64,000 bases of DNA from Auanema rhodensis (Eukaryota > Animalia > Nematoda), in NCBI GenBank assembly GCA_964057225.1, contig OZ059898.1, positions 18,662,001 through 18,726,000 of the forward strand, in the 5' to 3' direction. The notes under the pieces were generated by a model that ran no database searches, was not told the DNA's origin, and saw nothing but the letters and a program-made list of their open reading frames with translations. Positions 1 through 13,700 of the stretch are shown here, in pieces (positions within the stretch are counted from its first letter, which is position 1; each line of letters begins with the position of its first letter). A program made the position numbers and the translations under genes.

Positions 1-1499
1 CACTTGGTATGTAACTCGCTTCACGTGAAAGATGAAGAGATGCGGTTTTCAAAATTAGGTTCCCCATGTCCATATTAGTCTAAAAACAAGTTTTTGTTGA
101 TATTGGTGGATGTTAACCATGACTTTCAAATTTACGTGAACTTCAATTTATGCTAATTAAGTGTACACGTGATGTGCACTTGGTATGTAACTCGCTTCAC
201 GTGGAAGATAAAGAGATGCGGTTTTCAAAATTAGATTCCCCATGTCCATATTAGTCTAAAAACAAATTTTTATCGATATTGGTGCATGGTAACCATGACT
301 TTGAAATTTACGTGAACTTTAATTTATGCTAATTAAGTGTACACATGATGTGCACTCGGTATGTAACTCGCTTCACGTGAAAGATAAAGAGATGCGGTTT
401 TCAAAATTAGATTCCGCATGTCCATATTAGTCTAAAAACAAATTTTTATTGATATTGGTGCATGGTAACCATGACTTTGAAATTTACGTGAACTTTAATT
501 CATGCTAATTAAGTGTACACGTGATGTGCACTTGGTATGTAACTCGCTTCACGTGAAAGATAAAGAGATGCGGTTTTCAAAATTAGATTCCCCATGTTTA
601 TATTAGTCTAAAAACAAATTTTTATTGATATTGGTGCATGGCAACCATGACTTTAAAATCTACGTGTACTTTAATTTATGCTAATTAAGTGTACACATGA
701 TGTGCACTCGGTATGTAACTCGCTTCACGTGAAAGATAAAGAGATGCGGTTTTCAAAATTAGATTCCGCATGTCCATATTAGTCTAAAAACAAATTTTTA
801 TTGATATTGGTGCATGGTAACCATGACTTTGAAATTTACGTGAACTTTAATTTATGCTAATTAAGTGTACACGTGATGTGCACTTGGTATGTAACTCGCT
901 TCACGTGAAAGATAAAGAGATGCGGTTTTCAAAATTAGATTCCGCATGTCCATATTAGTCTAAAAACAAATTTTTATTGATATTGGTGCATGGTAACCAT
1001 GACTTTGAAATTTACGTGAACTTTAATTTATGCTAATTAAGTGTACACATGATGTGCACTTGGTATGTAACTCGCTTCACGAGAAAGATAAAAAGATGCG
1101 GTTTTCAAATTTAGATTTCGCGTGTCCATATTAGTCTAAAAACAAATTTTTATTGATATTGGTGCATGGTAACCATGACTTTGAAATTTACGTGAACTTT
1201 AATTTATGCTAATTAAGTGTACACGTGAAGTGCACTTGGTATGTAACTCGCTTCACGTGAAAGATAAAGAGATGCGGTTTTCAAAATTAGATTCCCCATG
1301 TCCATATTAGTCTAAAAACAAATTTTTATCGATATTGGTGCATGGTAACCATGACTTTGAAATTTACGTGAACTTTAATTTATGCTAATTAAGTGTACAC
1401 ATGATGTGCACTCGGTATGTAACTCGCTTCACGTGAAAGATAAAGAGATGCGGTTTTCAAAATTAGATTCCGCATGTCCATATTAGTCTAAAAACAAAT

Positions 1500-4400
1500 T
1501 TTTATTGATATTGGTGCATGGTAACCATGACTTTGAAATTTACGTGAACTTTAATTCATGCTAATTAAGTGTACACGTGATGTGCACTTGGTATGTAACT
1601 CGCTTCACGTGAAAGATAAAGAGATGCGGTTTTCAAAATTAGATTCCCCATGTTTATATTAGTCTAAAAACAAATTTTTATTGATATTGGTGCATGGCAA
1701 CCATGACTTTAAAATCTACGTGTACTTTAATTTATGCTAATTAAGTGTACACATGATGTGCACTCGGTATGTAACTCGCTTCACGTGAAAGATAAAGAGA
1801 TGCGGTTTTCAAAATTAGATTCCGCATGTCCATATTAGTCTAAAAACAAATTTTTATTGATATTGGTGCATGGTAACCATGACTTTGAAATTTACGTGAA
1901 CTTTAATTTATGCTAATTAAGTGTACACGTGATGTGCACTTGGTATGTAACTCGCTTCACGTGAAAGATGAAGAGATGCGGTTTTCAAAATTAGGTTCCC
2001 CATGTCCATATTAGTCTAAAAACAAATTTTTGTTGATATTGGTGGATGGTAACCATGACTTTCAAATTTACGTTAACTTTAATTTATGCTAATTAAGTGT
2101 ACACATGATGTGCACTTGGTATGTAACTCGCTTCACGTCAAAGATAAAGAGATGCGGTTTTCAAAATTAGATTTCGCATGTCCATATTAGTCTAAAAACA
2201 AATTTTTATTGATATTGGTGCATGGTAACCATGACTTTGAAATTTACGTGAACTTTAATTTATGCTAATTAAGTGTACACGTGATGTGCACTTGGTATGT
2301 AACTCGCTTCACGTGAAAGATGAAGAGATGCGGTTTTCAAAATTAGGTTCCCCATGTCCATATTAGTCTAAAAACAAGTTTTTGTTGATATTGGTGGATG
2401 TTAACCATGACTTTCAAATTTACGTGAACTTCAATTTATGCTAATTAAGTGTACACGTGATGTGCACTTGGTATGTAACTCGCTTCACGTGGAAGATAAA
2501 GAGATGCGGTTTTCAAAATTAGATTCCCCATGTCCATATTAGTCTAAAAACAAATTTTTATCGATATTGGTGCATGGTAACCATGACTTTGAAATTTACG
2601 TGAACTTTAATTTATGCTAATTAAGTGTACACATGATGTGCACTCGGTATGTAACTCGCTTCACGTGAACGATAAAGAGATGCGGTTTTCAAAATTAGAT
2701 TCCGCATGTCCATATTAGTCTAAAAACAAATTTTTATCGATATTGGTGCATGGTAACCATGACTTTGAAATTTACGTGAACTTTAATTTATGCTAATTAA
2801 GTGTACACATGATGTGCACTCGGTATGTAACTCGCTTCACGTGAAAAATAAAGAGATGCGGTTTTCAAAATTAGGTTCCCCATGTCCATATTAGTCTAAA
2901 AACAAGTTTTTGTTGATATTGGTGGATGTTAACCATGACTTTCAAATTTACGTGAACTTCAATTTATGCTAATTAAGTGTACACGTGATGTGCACTTGGT
3001 ATGTAACTCGCTTCACGTGGAAGATAAAGAGATGCGGTTTTCAAAATTAGATTCCCCATGTCCATATTAGTCTAAAAACAAATTTTTATCGATATTGGTG
3101 CATGGTAACCATGACTTTGAAATTTACGTGAACTTTAATTTATGCTAATTAAGTGTACACATGATGTGCACTCGGTATGTAACTCGCTTCACGTGAACGA
3201 TAAAGAGATGCGGTTTTCAAAATTAGATTCCGCATGTCCATATTAGTCTAAAAACAAATTTTTATTGATATTGGTGCATGGTAACCATGACTTTGAAATT
3301 TACGTGAACTTTAATTCATGCTAATTAAGTGTACACGTGATGTGCACTTGGTATGTAACTCGCTTCACGTGAAAGATAAAGAGATGCGGTTTTCAAAATT
3401 AGATTCCCCATGTCCATATTAGTCTAAAAACAAATTCTTCTTGATATTGGTGCATGGTAACCATGACTTTAAAATTTACGTGTACTTTAATTTATGCTAA
3501 TTAAGTGAACACATGATGTGCACTTGGTATGTAAGTCGCTTCACGTGAAAGATAAAGAGATGCGGTTTTCAAAATTAGATTCCCCATGTTTATATTAGTC
3601 TAAAAACAAATTTTTATTGATATTGGTGCATGGTAACCATGACTTTGAAATTTACGTGAACTTTAATTCATGCTAATTAAGTGTACACGTGATGTGCACT
3701 TGGTATGTAACTCGCTTCACGTGAAAGATAAAGAGATGCGGTTTTCAAAATTAGATTCCCCATGTTTATATTAGTCTAAAAACAAATTTTTATTGATATT
3801 GGTGCATGGCAACCATGACTTTAAAATCTACGTGTACTTTAATTTATGCTAATTAAGTGTACACATGATGTGCACTCGGTATGTAACTCGCTTCACGTGA
3901 AAGATAAAGAGATGCGGTTTTCAAAATTAGATTCCGCATGTCCATATTAGTCTAAAAACAAATTTTTATTGATATTGGTGCATGGTAACCATGACTTTGA
4001 AATTTACGTGAACTTTAATTTATGCTAATTAAGTGTACACGTGATGTGCACTTGGTATGTAACTCGCTTCACGTGAAAGATGAAGAGATGCGGTTTTCAA
4101 AATTAGGTTCCCCATGTCCATATTAGTCTAAAAACAAATTTTTGTTGATATTGGTGGATGGTAACCATGACTTTCAAATTTACGTTAACTTTAATTTATG
4201 CTAATTAAGTGTACACATGATGTGCACTTGGTATGTAACTCGCTTCACGTCAAAGATAAAGAGATGCGGTTTTCAAAATTAGATTTCGCATGTCCATATT
4301 AGTCTAAAAACAAATTTTTATTGATATTGGTGCATGGTAACCATGACTTTGAAATTTACGTGAACTTTAATTTATGCTAATTAAGTGTACACGTGATGTG

Positions 4401-7400
4401 CACTTGGTATGTAACTCGCTTCACGTGAAAGATGAAGAGATGCGGTTTTCAAAATTAGGTTCCCCATGTCCATATTAGTCTAAAAACAAGTTTTTGTTGA
4501 TATTGGTGGATGTTAACCATGACTTTCAAATTTACGTGAACTTCAATTTATGCTAATTAAGTGTACACGTGATGTGCACTTGGTATGTAACTCGCTTCAC
4601 GTGGAAGATAAAGAGATGCGGTTTTCAAAATTAGATTCCCCATGTCCATATTAGTCTAAAAACAAATTTTTATCGATATTGGTGCATGGTAACCATGACT
4701 TTGAAATTTACGTGAACTTTAATTTATGCTAATTAAGTGTACACATGATGTGCACTCGGTATGTAACTCGCTTCACGTGAACGATAAAGAGATGCGGTTT
4801 TCAAAATTAGATTCCGCATGTCCATATTAGTCTAAAAACAAATTTTTATCGATATTGGTGCATGGTAACCATGACTTTGAAATTTACGTGAACTTTAATT
4901 TATGCTAATTAAGTGTACACATGATGTGCACTCGGTATGTAACTCGCTTCACGTGAAAAATAAAGAGATGCGGTTTTCAAAATTAGGTTCCCCATGTCCA
5001 TATTAGTCTAAAAACAAGTTTTTGTTGATATTGGTGGATGTTAACCATGACTTTCAAATTTACGTGAACTTCAATTTATGCTAATTAAGTGTACACGTGA
5101 TGTGCACTTGGTATGTAACTCGCTTCACGTGGAAGATAAAGAGATGCGGTTTTCAAAATTAGATTCCCCATGTCCATATTAGTCTAAAAACAAATTTTTA
5201 TCGATATTGGTGCATGGTAACCATGACTTTGAAATTTACGTGAACTTTAATTTATGCTAATTAAGTGTACACATGATGTGCACTCGGTATGTAACTCGCT
5301 TCACGTGAACGATAAAGAGATGCGGTTTTCAAAATTAGATTCCGCATGTCCATATTAGTCTAAAAACAAATTTTTATTGATATTGGTGCATGGTAACCAT
5401 GACTTTGAAATTTACGTGAACTTTAATTCATGCTAATTAAGTGTACACGTGATGTGCACTTGGTATGTAACTCGCTTCACGTGAAAGATAAAGAGATGCG
5501 GTTTTCAAAATTAGATTCCCCATGTTTATATTAGTCTAAAAACAAATTTTTATTGATATTGGTGCATGGCAACCATGACTTTAAAATCTACGTGTACTTT
5601 AATTTATGCTAATTAAGTGTACACATGATGTGCACTCGGTATGTAACTCGCTTCACGTGAAAGATAAAGAGATGCGGTTTTCAAAATTAGATTCCGCATG
5701 TCCATATTAGTCTAAAAACAAATTTTTATTGATATTGGTGCATGGTAACCATGACTTTGAAATTTACGTGAACTTTAATTTATGCTAATTAAGTGTACAC
5801 GTGATGTGCACTTGGTATGTAACTCGCTTCACGTGAAAGATAAAGAGATGCGGTTTTCAAAATTAGATTCCGCATGTCCATATTAGTCTAAAAACAAATT
5901 TTTATTGATATTGGTGCATGGTAACCATGACTTTGAAATCTACGTGTACTTTAATTTATGCTAATTAAGTGTACACATGATGTGCACTCGGTATGTAACT
6001 CGCTTCACGTCAAAGATAAAGAGATGCGGTTTTCAAAATTAGATTTCGCATGTCCATATTAGTCTAAAAACAAATTTTTATTGATATTGGTGCATGGTAA
6101 CCATGACTTTGAAATTTACGTGTACTTTAATTTATGCTAATTAAGTGTACACGTGATGTGCACTTGATATGTAACTCGCTTCACGTGAAAGATAAAGAGA
6201 TGCGGTTTTCAAAATTAGATTCCGCATGTCCATATTAGTCTAAAAACAAATTTTTATCGATATTGGTGCATGGTAACCATGACTTTGAAATTTACGTGAA
6301 CTTTAATTTATGCTAATTAAGTGTACACATGATGTGCACTCGGTATGTAACTCGCTTCACGTGAAAAATAAAGAGATGCGGTTTTCAAAATTAGGTTCCC
6401 CATGTCCATATTAGTCTAAAAACAAGTTTTTGTTGATATTGGTGGATGTTAACCATGACTTTCAAATTTACGTGAACTTCAATTTATGCTAATTAAGTGT
6501 ACACGTGATGTGCACTTGGTATGTAACTCGCTTCACGTGGAAGATAAAGAGATGCGGTTTTCAAAATTAGATTCCCCATGTCCATATTAGTCTAAAAACA
6601 AATTTTTATCGATATTGGTGCATGGTAACCATGACTTTGAAATTTACGTGAACTTTAATTTATGCTAATTAAGTGTACACATGATGTGCACTCGGTATGT
6701 AACTCGCTTCACGTGAACGATAAAGAGATGCGGTTTTCAAAATTAGATTCCGCATGTCCATATTAGTCTAAAAACAAATTTTTATTGATATTGGTGCATG
6801 GTAACCATGACTTTGAAATTTACGTGAACTTTAATTCATGCTAATTAAGTGTACACGTGATGTGCACTTGGTATGTAACTCGCTTCACGTGAAAGATAAA
6901 GAGATGCGGTTTTCAAAATTAGATTCCCCATGTTTATATTAGTCTAAAAACAAATTTTTATTGATATTGGTGCATGGCAACCATGACTTTAAAATCTACG
7001 TGTACTTTAATTTATGCTAATTAAGTGTACACATGATGTGCACTCGGTATGTAACTCGCTTCACGTGAAAGATAAAGAGATGCGGTTTTCAAAATTAGAT
7101 TCCGCATGTCCATATTAGTCTAAAAACAAATTTTTATTGATATTGGTGCATGGTAACCATGACTTTGAAATTTACGTGAACTTTAATTTATGCTAATTAA
7201 GTGTACACGTGATGTGCACTTGGTATGTAACTCGCTTCACGTGAAAGATAAAGAGATGCGGTTTTCAAAATTAGATTCCGCATGTCCATATTAGTCTAAA
7301 AACAAATTTTTATTGATATTGGTGCATGGTAACCATGACTTTGAAATCTACGTGTACTTTAATTTATGCTAATTAAGTGTACACATGATGTGCACTCGGT

Positions 7401-7700
7401 ATGTAACTCGCTTCACGTCAAAGATAAAGAGATGCGGTTTTCAAAATTAGATTTCGCATGTCCATATTAGTCTAAAAACAAATTTTTATTGATATTGGTG
7501 CATGGTAACCATGACTTTGAAATTTACGTGTACTTTAATTTATGCTGATTAAGTGTACACGTGATGTGCACTTGATATGTAACTCGCTTCACGTGAAAGA
7601 TAAAGAGATGCGGTTTTCAAAATTAGATTCCGCATGTCCATATTAGTCTAAAAACAAATTTTTGTTGATATTGGTGGATGGTAACCATGACTTTCAAATT
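1500..7700 (+). repeat. Local block duplications of 12 and 8 monomers, with an internal 3-monomer repeat
   Basis: GATGTTAAC variant at 113, 2401, 2929, 4513, 5041, 6449, 8033. GTGAACGAT variant at 2670, 3198, 4782, 5310, 6718. Spacings are 2112 (12 x 176), 1408 (8 x 176) and 528 (3 x 176). Boundaries are approximate. Confidence 0.8.
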
Positions 7701-10700
7701 TACGTTAACTTTAATTTATGCTAATTAAGTGTACACATGATGTGCACTTGGTATGTAACTCGCTTCACGTCAAAGATAAAGAGATGCGGTTTTCAAAATT
7801 AGATTTCGCATGTCCATATTAGTCTAAAAACAAATTTTTATTGATATTGGTGCATGGTAACCATGACTTTGAAATTTACGTGAACTTTAATTTATGCTAA
7901 TTAAGTGTACACGTGATGTGCACTTGGTATGTAACTCGCTTCACGTGAAAGATGAAGAGATGCGGTTTTCAAAATTAGGTTCCCCATGTCCATATTAGTC
8001 TAAAAACAAGTTTTTGTTGATATTGGTGGATGTTAACCATGACTTTCAAATTTACGTGAACTTCAATTTATGCTAATTAAGTGTACACGTGATGTGCACT
8101 TGGTATGTAACTCGCTTCACGTGGAAGATAAAGAGATGCGGTTTTCAAAATTAGATTCCCCATGTCCATATTAGTCTAAAAACAAATTTTTATTGATATT
8201 GGTGCATGGTAACCATGACTTTGAAATTTACGTGAACTTTAATTTATGCTAATTAAGTGTACACATGATGTGCACTTGGTATGTAACTCGCTTCACGAGA
8301 AAGATAAAAAGATGCGGTTTTCAAATTTAGATTTCGCGTGTCCATATTAGTCTAAAAACAAATTTTTATTGATATTGGTGCATGGTAACCATGACTTTGA
8401 AATTTACGTGAACTTTAATTTATGCTAATTAAGTGTACACATGATGTGCACTTGGTATGTAACTCGCTTCACGTGAAAGATAAAGAGATGCGGTTTTCAA
8501 AATTAGATTCCCCATGTTTATATTAGTCTAAAAACAAATTTTTATCGATATTGGTGCATGGTAACCATGACTTTGAAATTTACGTGAACTTTAATTTATG
8601 CTAATTAAGTGTACACATGATGTGCACTCGGTATGTAACTCGCTTCACGTGAAAGAAAAAGAGATGCGGTTTTCAAAATTAGATTCCGCATGTCCATATT
8701 AGTCTAAAAACAAATTTTTATTGATATTGGTGCATGGTAACCATGACTTTGAAATTTACGTGAACTTTAATTTATGCTAATTAAGTGTACACGTGATGTG
8801 CACTTGGTATGTAACTCGCTTCACGTGAAAGATAAAGAGATGCGGTTTTCAAAATTAGATTCCCCATGTTTATATTAGTCTAAAAACAAATTTTTATTGA
8901 TATTGGTGCATGGCAACCATGACTTTAAAATCTACGTGTACTTTAATTTATGCTAATTAAGTGTACACATGATGTGCACTCGGTATGTAACTCGCTTCAC
9001 GTGAAAGATAAAGAGATGCGGTTTTCAAAATTAGATTCCGCATGTCCATATTAGTCTAAAAACAAATTTTTATTGATATTGGTGCATGGTAACCATGACT
9101 TTGAAATTTACGTGTACTTTAATTTATGCTAATTAAGTGTACACGTGATGTGCACTTGATATGTAACTCGCTTCACGTGAAAGATAAAGAGATGCGGTTT
9201 TCAAAATTAGATTCCCCATGTTTATATTAGTCTAAAAACAAATTTTTATCGATATTGGTGCATGGCAACCATGACTTTGAAATCTACGTGTACTTTAATT
9301 TATGCTAATTAAGTGTACACATGATGTGCACTTGGTATGTAACTCGCTTCACGTGTAAGATGAAGAGATGCGGTTTTCAAAATTAGGTTCCTCATGTCCA
9401 TATTAGTCTAAAAACAAATTTTTATCGATATTGGTGCATGGCAACCATGACTTTGAAATCTACGTGTACTTTAATTTATGCTAATTAAGTGTACACATGA
9501 TGTGCACTTGGTATGTAACTCGCTTCGCGTCAACGATAAAAGAGATGCGGTTTTCAAAATTAGATTCCCCATGTCCATATTAGTCTAAAAACAAATTTTT
9601 ATCGATATTGGTGCATGGTAACCATGACTTTGAAATTTACGTGAACTTTAATTTATGCTAATTAAGTGTACACATGATGTGCACTCGGTATGTAACTCGC
9701 TTCACGTGAAAGATAAAGAGATGCGGTTTTCAAAATTAGATTCCGCATGTCCATATTAGTCTAAAAACAAATTTTTATTGATATTGGTGCATGGTAACCA
9801 TGACTTTGAAATTTACGTGAACTTTAATTTATGCTAATTAAGTGTACACATGATGTGCACTTGGTATGTAACTCGCTTCACGAGAAAGATAAAAAGATGC
9901 GGTTTTCAAATTTAGATTTCGCGTGTCCATATTAGTCTAAAAACAAATTTTTATTGATATTGGTGCATGGTAACCATGACTTTGAAATTTACGTGAACTT
10001 TAATTCATGCTAATTAAGTGTACACGTGAAGTGCACTTGGTATGTAACTCGCTTCACGTGAAAGATAAAGAGATGCGGTTTTCAAAATTAGATTGCCCAT
10101 GTCCATATTAGTCTAAAAACAAATTTTTATCGATATTGGTGCATGGTAACCATGACTTTGAAATTTACGTGAACTTTAATTTATGCTAATTAAGTGTACA
10201 CATGATGTGCACTCGGTATGTAACTCGCTTCACGTGAAAAATAAAGAGATGCGGTTTTCAAAATTAGATTCCGCATGTCCATATTAGTCTAAAAACAAAT
10301 TTTTATTGATATTGGTGCATGGTAACCATGACTTTGAAATTTACGTGAACTTTAATTCATGCTAATTAAGTGTACACGTGATGTGCACTTGGTATGTAAC
10401 TCGCTTCACGTGAAAGATAAAGAGATGCGGTTTTCAAAATTAGATTCCCCATGTTTATATTAGTCTAAAAACAAATTTTTATTGATATTGGTGCATTGTA
10501 ACCATGACTTTGAAATTTACGTGAACTTTAATTTATGCTAATTAAGTGTACACGTGATGTGCACTTGGTATGTAACTCGCTTCACGTGAAAGATAAAGAG
10601 ATGCGGTTTTCAAAATTAGATTCCCCATGTTTATATTAGTCTAAAAACAAATTTTTATTGATATTGGTGCATGGCAATCATGACTTTAAAATCTACGTGT

Positions 10701-13700
10701 ACTTTAATTTATGCTAATTAAGTGTACACGTGATGTGCACTTGGTATGTAACTCGCTTCACGTGAAAGATGAAGAGATGCGGTTTTCAAAATTAGGTTCC
10801 CCATGTCCATATTAGTCTAAAAACAAATTTTTGTTGATATTGGTGGATGGTAACCATGACTTTCAAATTTACGTGAACTTTAATTTATGCTAATTAAGTG
10901 TACACATGATGTGCACTTGGTATGTAACTCGCTTCACGTCAAAGATAAAGAGATGCGGTTTTCAAAATTAGATTTCGCATGTCCATATTAGTCTAAAAAC
11001 AAATTTTTATTGATATTGGTGCATGGTAACCATGACTTTGAAATTTACGTGAACTTTAATTCATGCTAATTAAGTGTACACGTGATGTGCACTTGTTATG
11101 TAACTCGCTTCACGTGAAAGATAAAGAGATGCGGTTTTCAAAATTAGATTCCCCATGTTCATATTAGTCTAAAAACAAATTTTTATTGATATTGGTGCAT
11201 GGCAACCATGACTTTAAAATCTACGTGTACTTTAATTTATGCTAATTAAGTGTACACATGATGTGCACTCGGTATGTAACTCGCTTCACGTGAAAGATAA
11301 AGAGATGCGGTTTTCAAAATTAGATTCCGCATGTCCATATTAGTCTAAAAACAAATTTTTATTGATATTGGTGCATGGTAACCATGACTTTGAAATTTAC
11401 GTGAACTTTAATTTATGCTAATTAAGTGTACACGTGATGTGCACTTGGTATGTAACTCGCTTCACGTGAAAGATGAAGAGATGCGGTTTTCAAAATTAGG
11501 TTCCCCATGTCCATATTAGTCTAAAAACAAATTTTTGTTGATATTGGTGGATGGTAACCATGACTTTCAAATTTACGTGAACTTTAATTTATGCTAATTA
11601 AGTGTACACATGATGTGCACTTGGTATGTAACTCTCTTCACGTCAAAGATAAAGAGATGCGGTTTTCAAAATTAGATTTCGCATGTCCATATTAGTCTAA
11701 AAACAAATTTTTATTGATATTGGTGCATGGTAACCATGACTTTGAAATTTACGTGAACTTTAATTTATGCTAATTAAGTGTACACGTGATGTGCACTTGG
11801 TATGTAACTCGCTTCACGTGAAAGATGAAGAGATGCGGTTTTCAAAATTAGGTTCCCCATGTCCATATTAGTCTAAAAACAAGTTTTTGTTGATATTGGT
11901 GGATGGTAACCATGACTTTCAAATTTACGTGAACTTCAATTTATGCTAATTAAGTGTACACGTGATGTGCACTTGGTATGTAACTCGCTTCGCGTCAAGG
12001 ATAAAGAGATGCGGTTTTCAAAATTAGATTCCCCATGTCCATATTAGTCTAAAAACAAATTTTTATTAATATTGGTGCATGGTAACCATGACTTTGAAAT
12101 TTACGTGAACTTTAATTTATGCTAATTGAGTGTACACATGATGTGCACTCGGTATGTAACTCGCTTCACGTGAAAGATAAAGAGATGCGGTTTTCAAAAT
12201 TAGATTCCGCATGTCCATATTAGTCTAAAAACAAATTTTTATTGATATTGGTGCATGGTAACCATGACTTTAAAATTTACGTGAACTTTAATTTATGCTA
12301 ATTAAGTGTACACGTGATGTGCACTTGGTATGTAACTCGCTTCACGTGGAAGATAAAGAGATGCGGTTTTCAAAATTAGATTCCCCATGTCCATATTAGT
12401 CTAAAAACAAATTTTTATTGATATTGGTGCATGGTAACCATGACTTTGAAATTTACGTGAACTTTAATTTATGCTAATTAAGTGTACACGTGAAGTGCAC
12501 TTGGTATGTAACTCGCTTCACGTGAAAGATAAAGAGATGCGGTTTTCAAAATTAGATTCCCCATGTACATATTAGTCTAAAAACAAATTTTTATCGATAT
12601 TGGTGCATGGTAACCATGACTTTGAAATTTACGTGAACTTTAATTTATGCTAATTAAGTGTACACATGATGTGCACTCGGTATGTAACTCGCTTCACGTG
12701 AAAGATAAAGAGATGCGGTTTTCAAAATTAGATTCCGCATGTCCATATTAGTCTAAAAACAAATTTTTATTGATATTGGTGCATGGTAACCATGACTTTG
12801 AAATTTACGTGAACTTTAATTTATGCTAATTAAGTGTACACGTGATGTGCACTTGGTATGTAACTCGCTTCACGTGAAAGATAAAGAGATGCGGTTTTCA
12901 AAATTAGATTCCCCATGTTTATATTAGTCTAAAAACAAATTTTTATTGATATTGGTGCATGGTAACCATGACTTTGAAATTTACGTGAACTTTAATTTAT
13001 GCTAATTAAGTGTACACGTGAAGTGCACTTGGTATGTAACTCGCTTCACGTGAAAGATAAAGAGATGCGGTTTTCAAAATTAGATTCCCCATGTCCATAT
13101 TAGTCTAAAAACAAATTTTTATCGATATTGGTGCATGGTAACCATGACTTTGAAATTTACGTGAACTTTAATTTATGCTAATTAAGTGTACACATGATGT
13201 GCACTCGGTATGTAACTCGCTTCACGTGAAAGATAAAGAGATGCGGTTTTCAAAATTAGATTCCGCATGTCCATATTAGTCTAAAAACAAATTTTTATTG
13301 ATATTGGTGCATGGTAACCATGACTTTGAAATTTACGTGAACTTTAATTTATGCTAATTAAGTGTACACGTGATGTGCACTTGGTATGTAACTCGCTTCA
13401 CGTGAAAGATAAAGAGATGCGGTTTTCAAAATTAGATTCCCCATGTCCATATTAGTCTAAAAACAAGTTTTTGTTGATATTGGTGGATGGTAACCATGAC
13501 TTTCAAATTTACGTGAACTTCAATTTATGCTAATTAAGTGTACACGTGATGTGCACTTGGTATGTAACTCGCTTCGCGTCAACGATAAAGAGATGCGGTT
13601 TTCAAAATTAGATTCCCCATGTCCATATTAGTCTAAAAACAAATTTTTATTAATATTGGTGCATGGTAACCATGACTTTGAAATTTACGTGAACTTTAAT

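Noticed and set aside
28-160. 10-bp phased A-tracts (curved DNA) or origin of the monomer from shorter subrepeats
   Set aside because: A/T runs are present and TTTTCAAAATTAG resembles CTTTGAAATTTAC, but by eye the spacing is irregular and the similarity too short to support either claim without computation.
1-176. Assignment to Brassica CentBr (176 bp), Arabidopsis CEN178 or primate alpha satellite
   Set aside because: Only the length is similar. I see no sequence resemblance to those consensuses as I recall them, and there is no AAGCTT site.
13572-13590. CENP-B-box-like motif in the CTTCGCGTCAACG variant
   Set aside because: It matches TTCG....A but lacks the required CGGG (5 of 9 core positions) and occurs in a minority of monomers.
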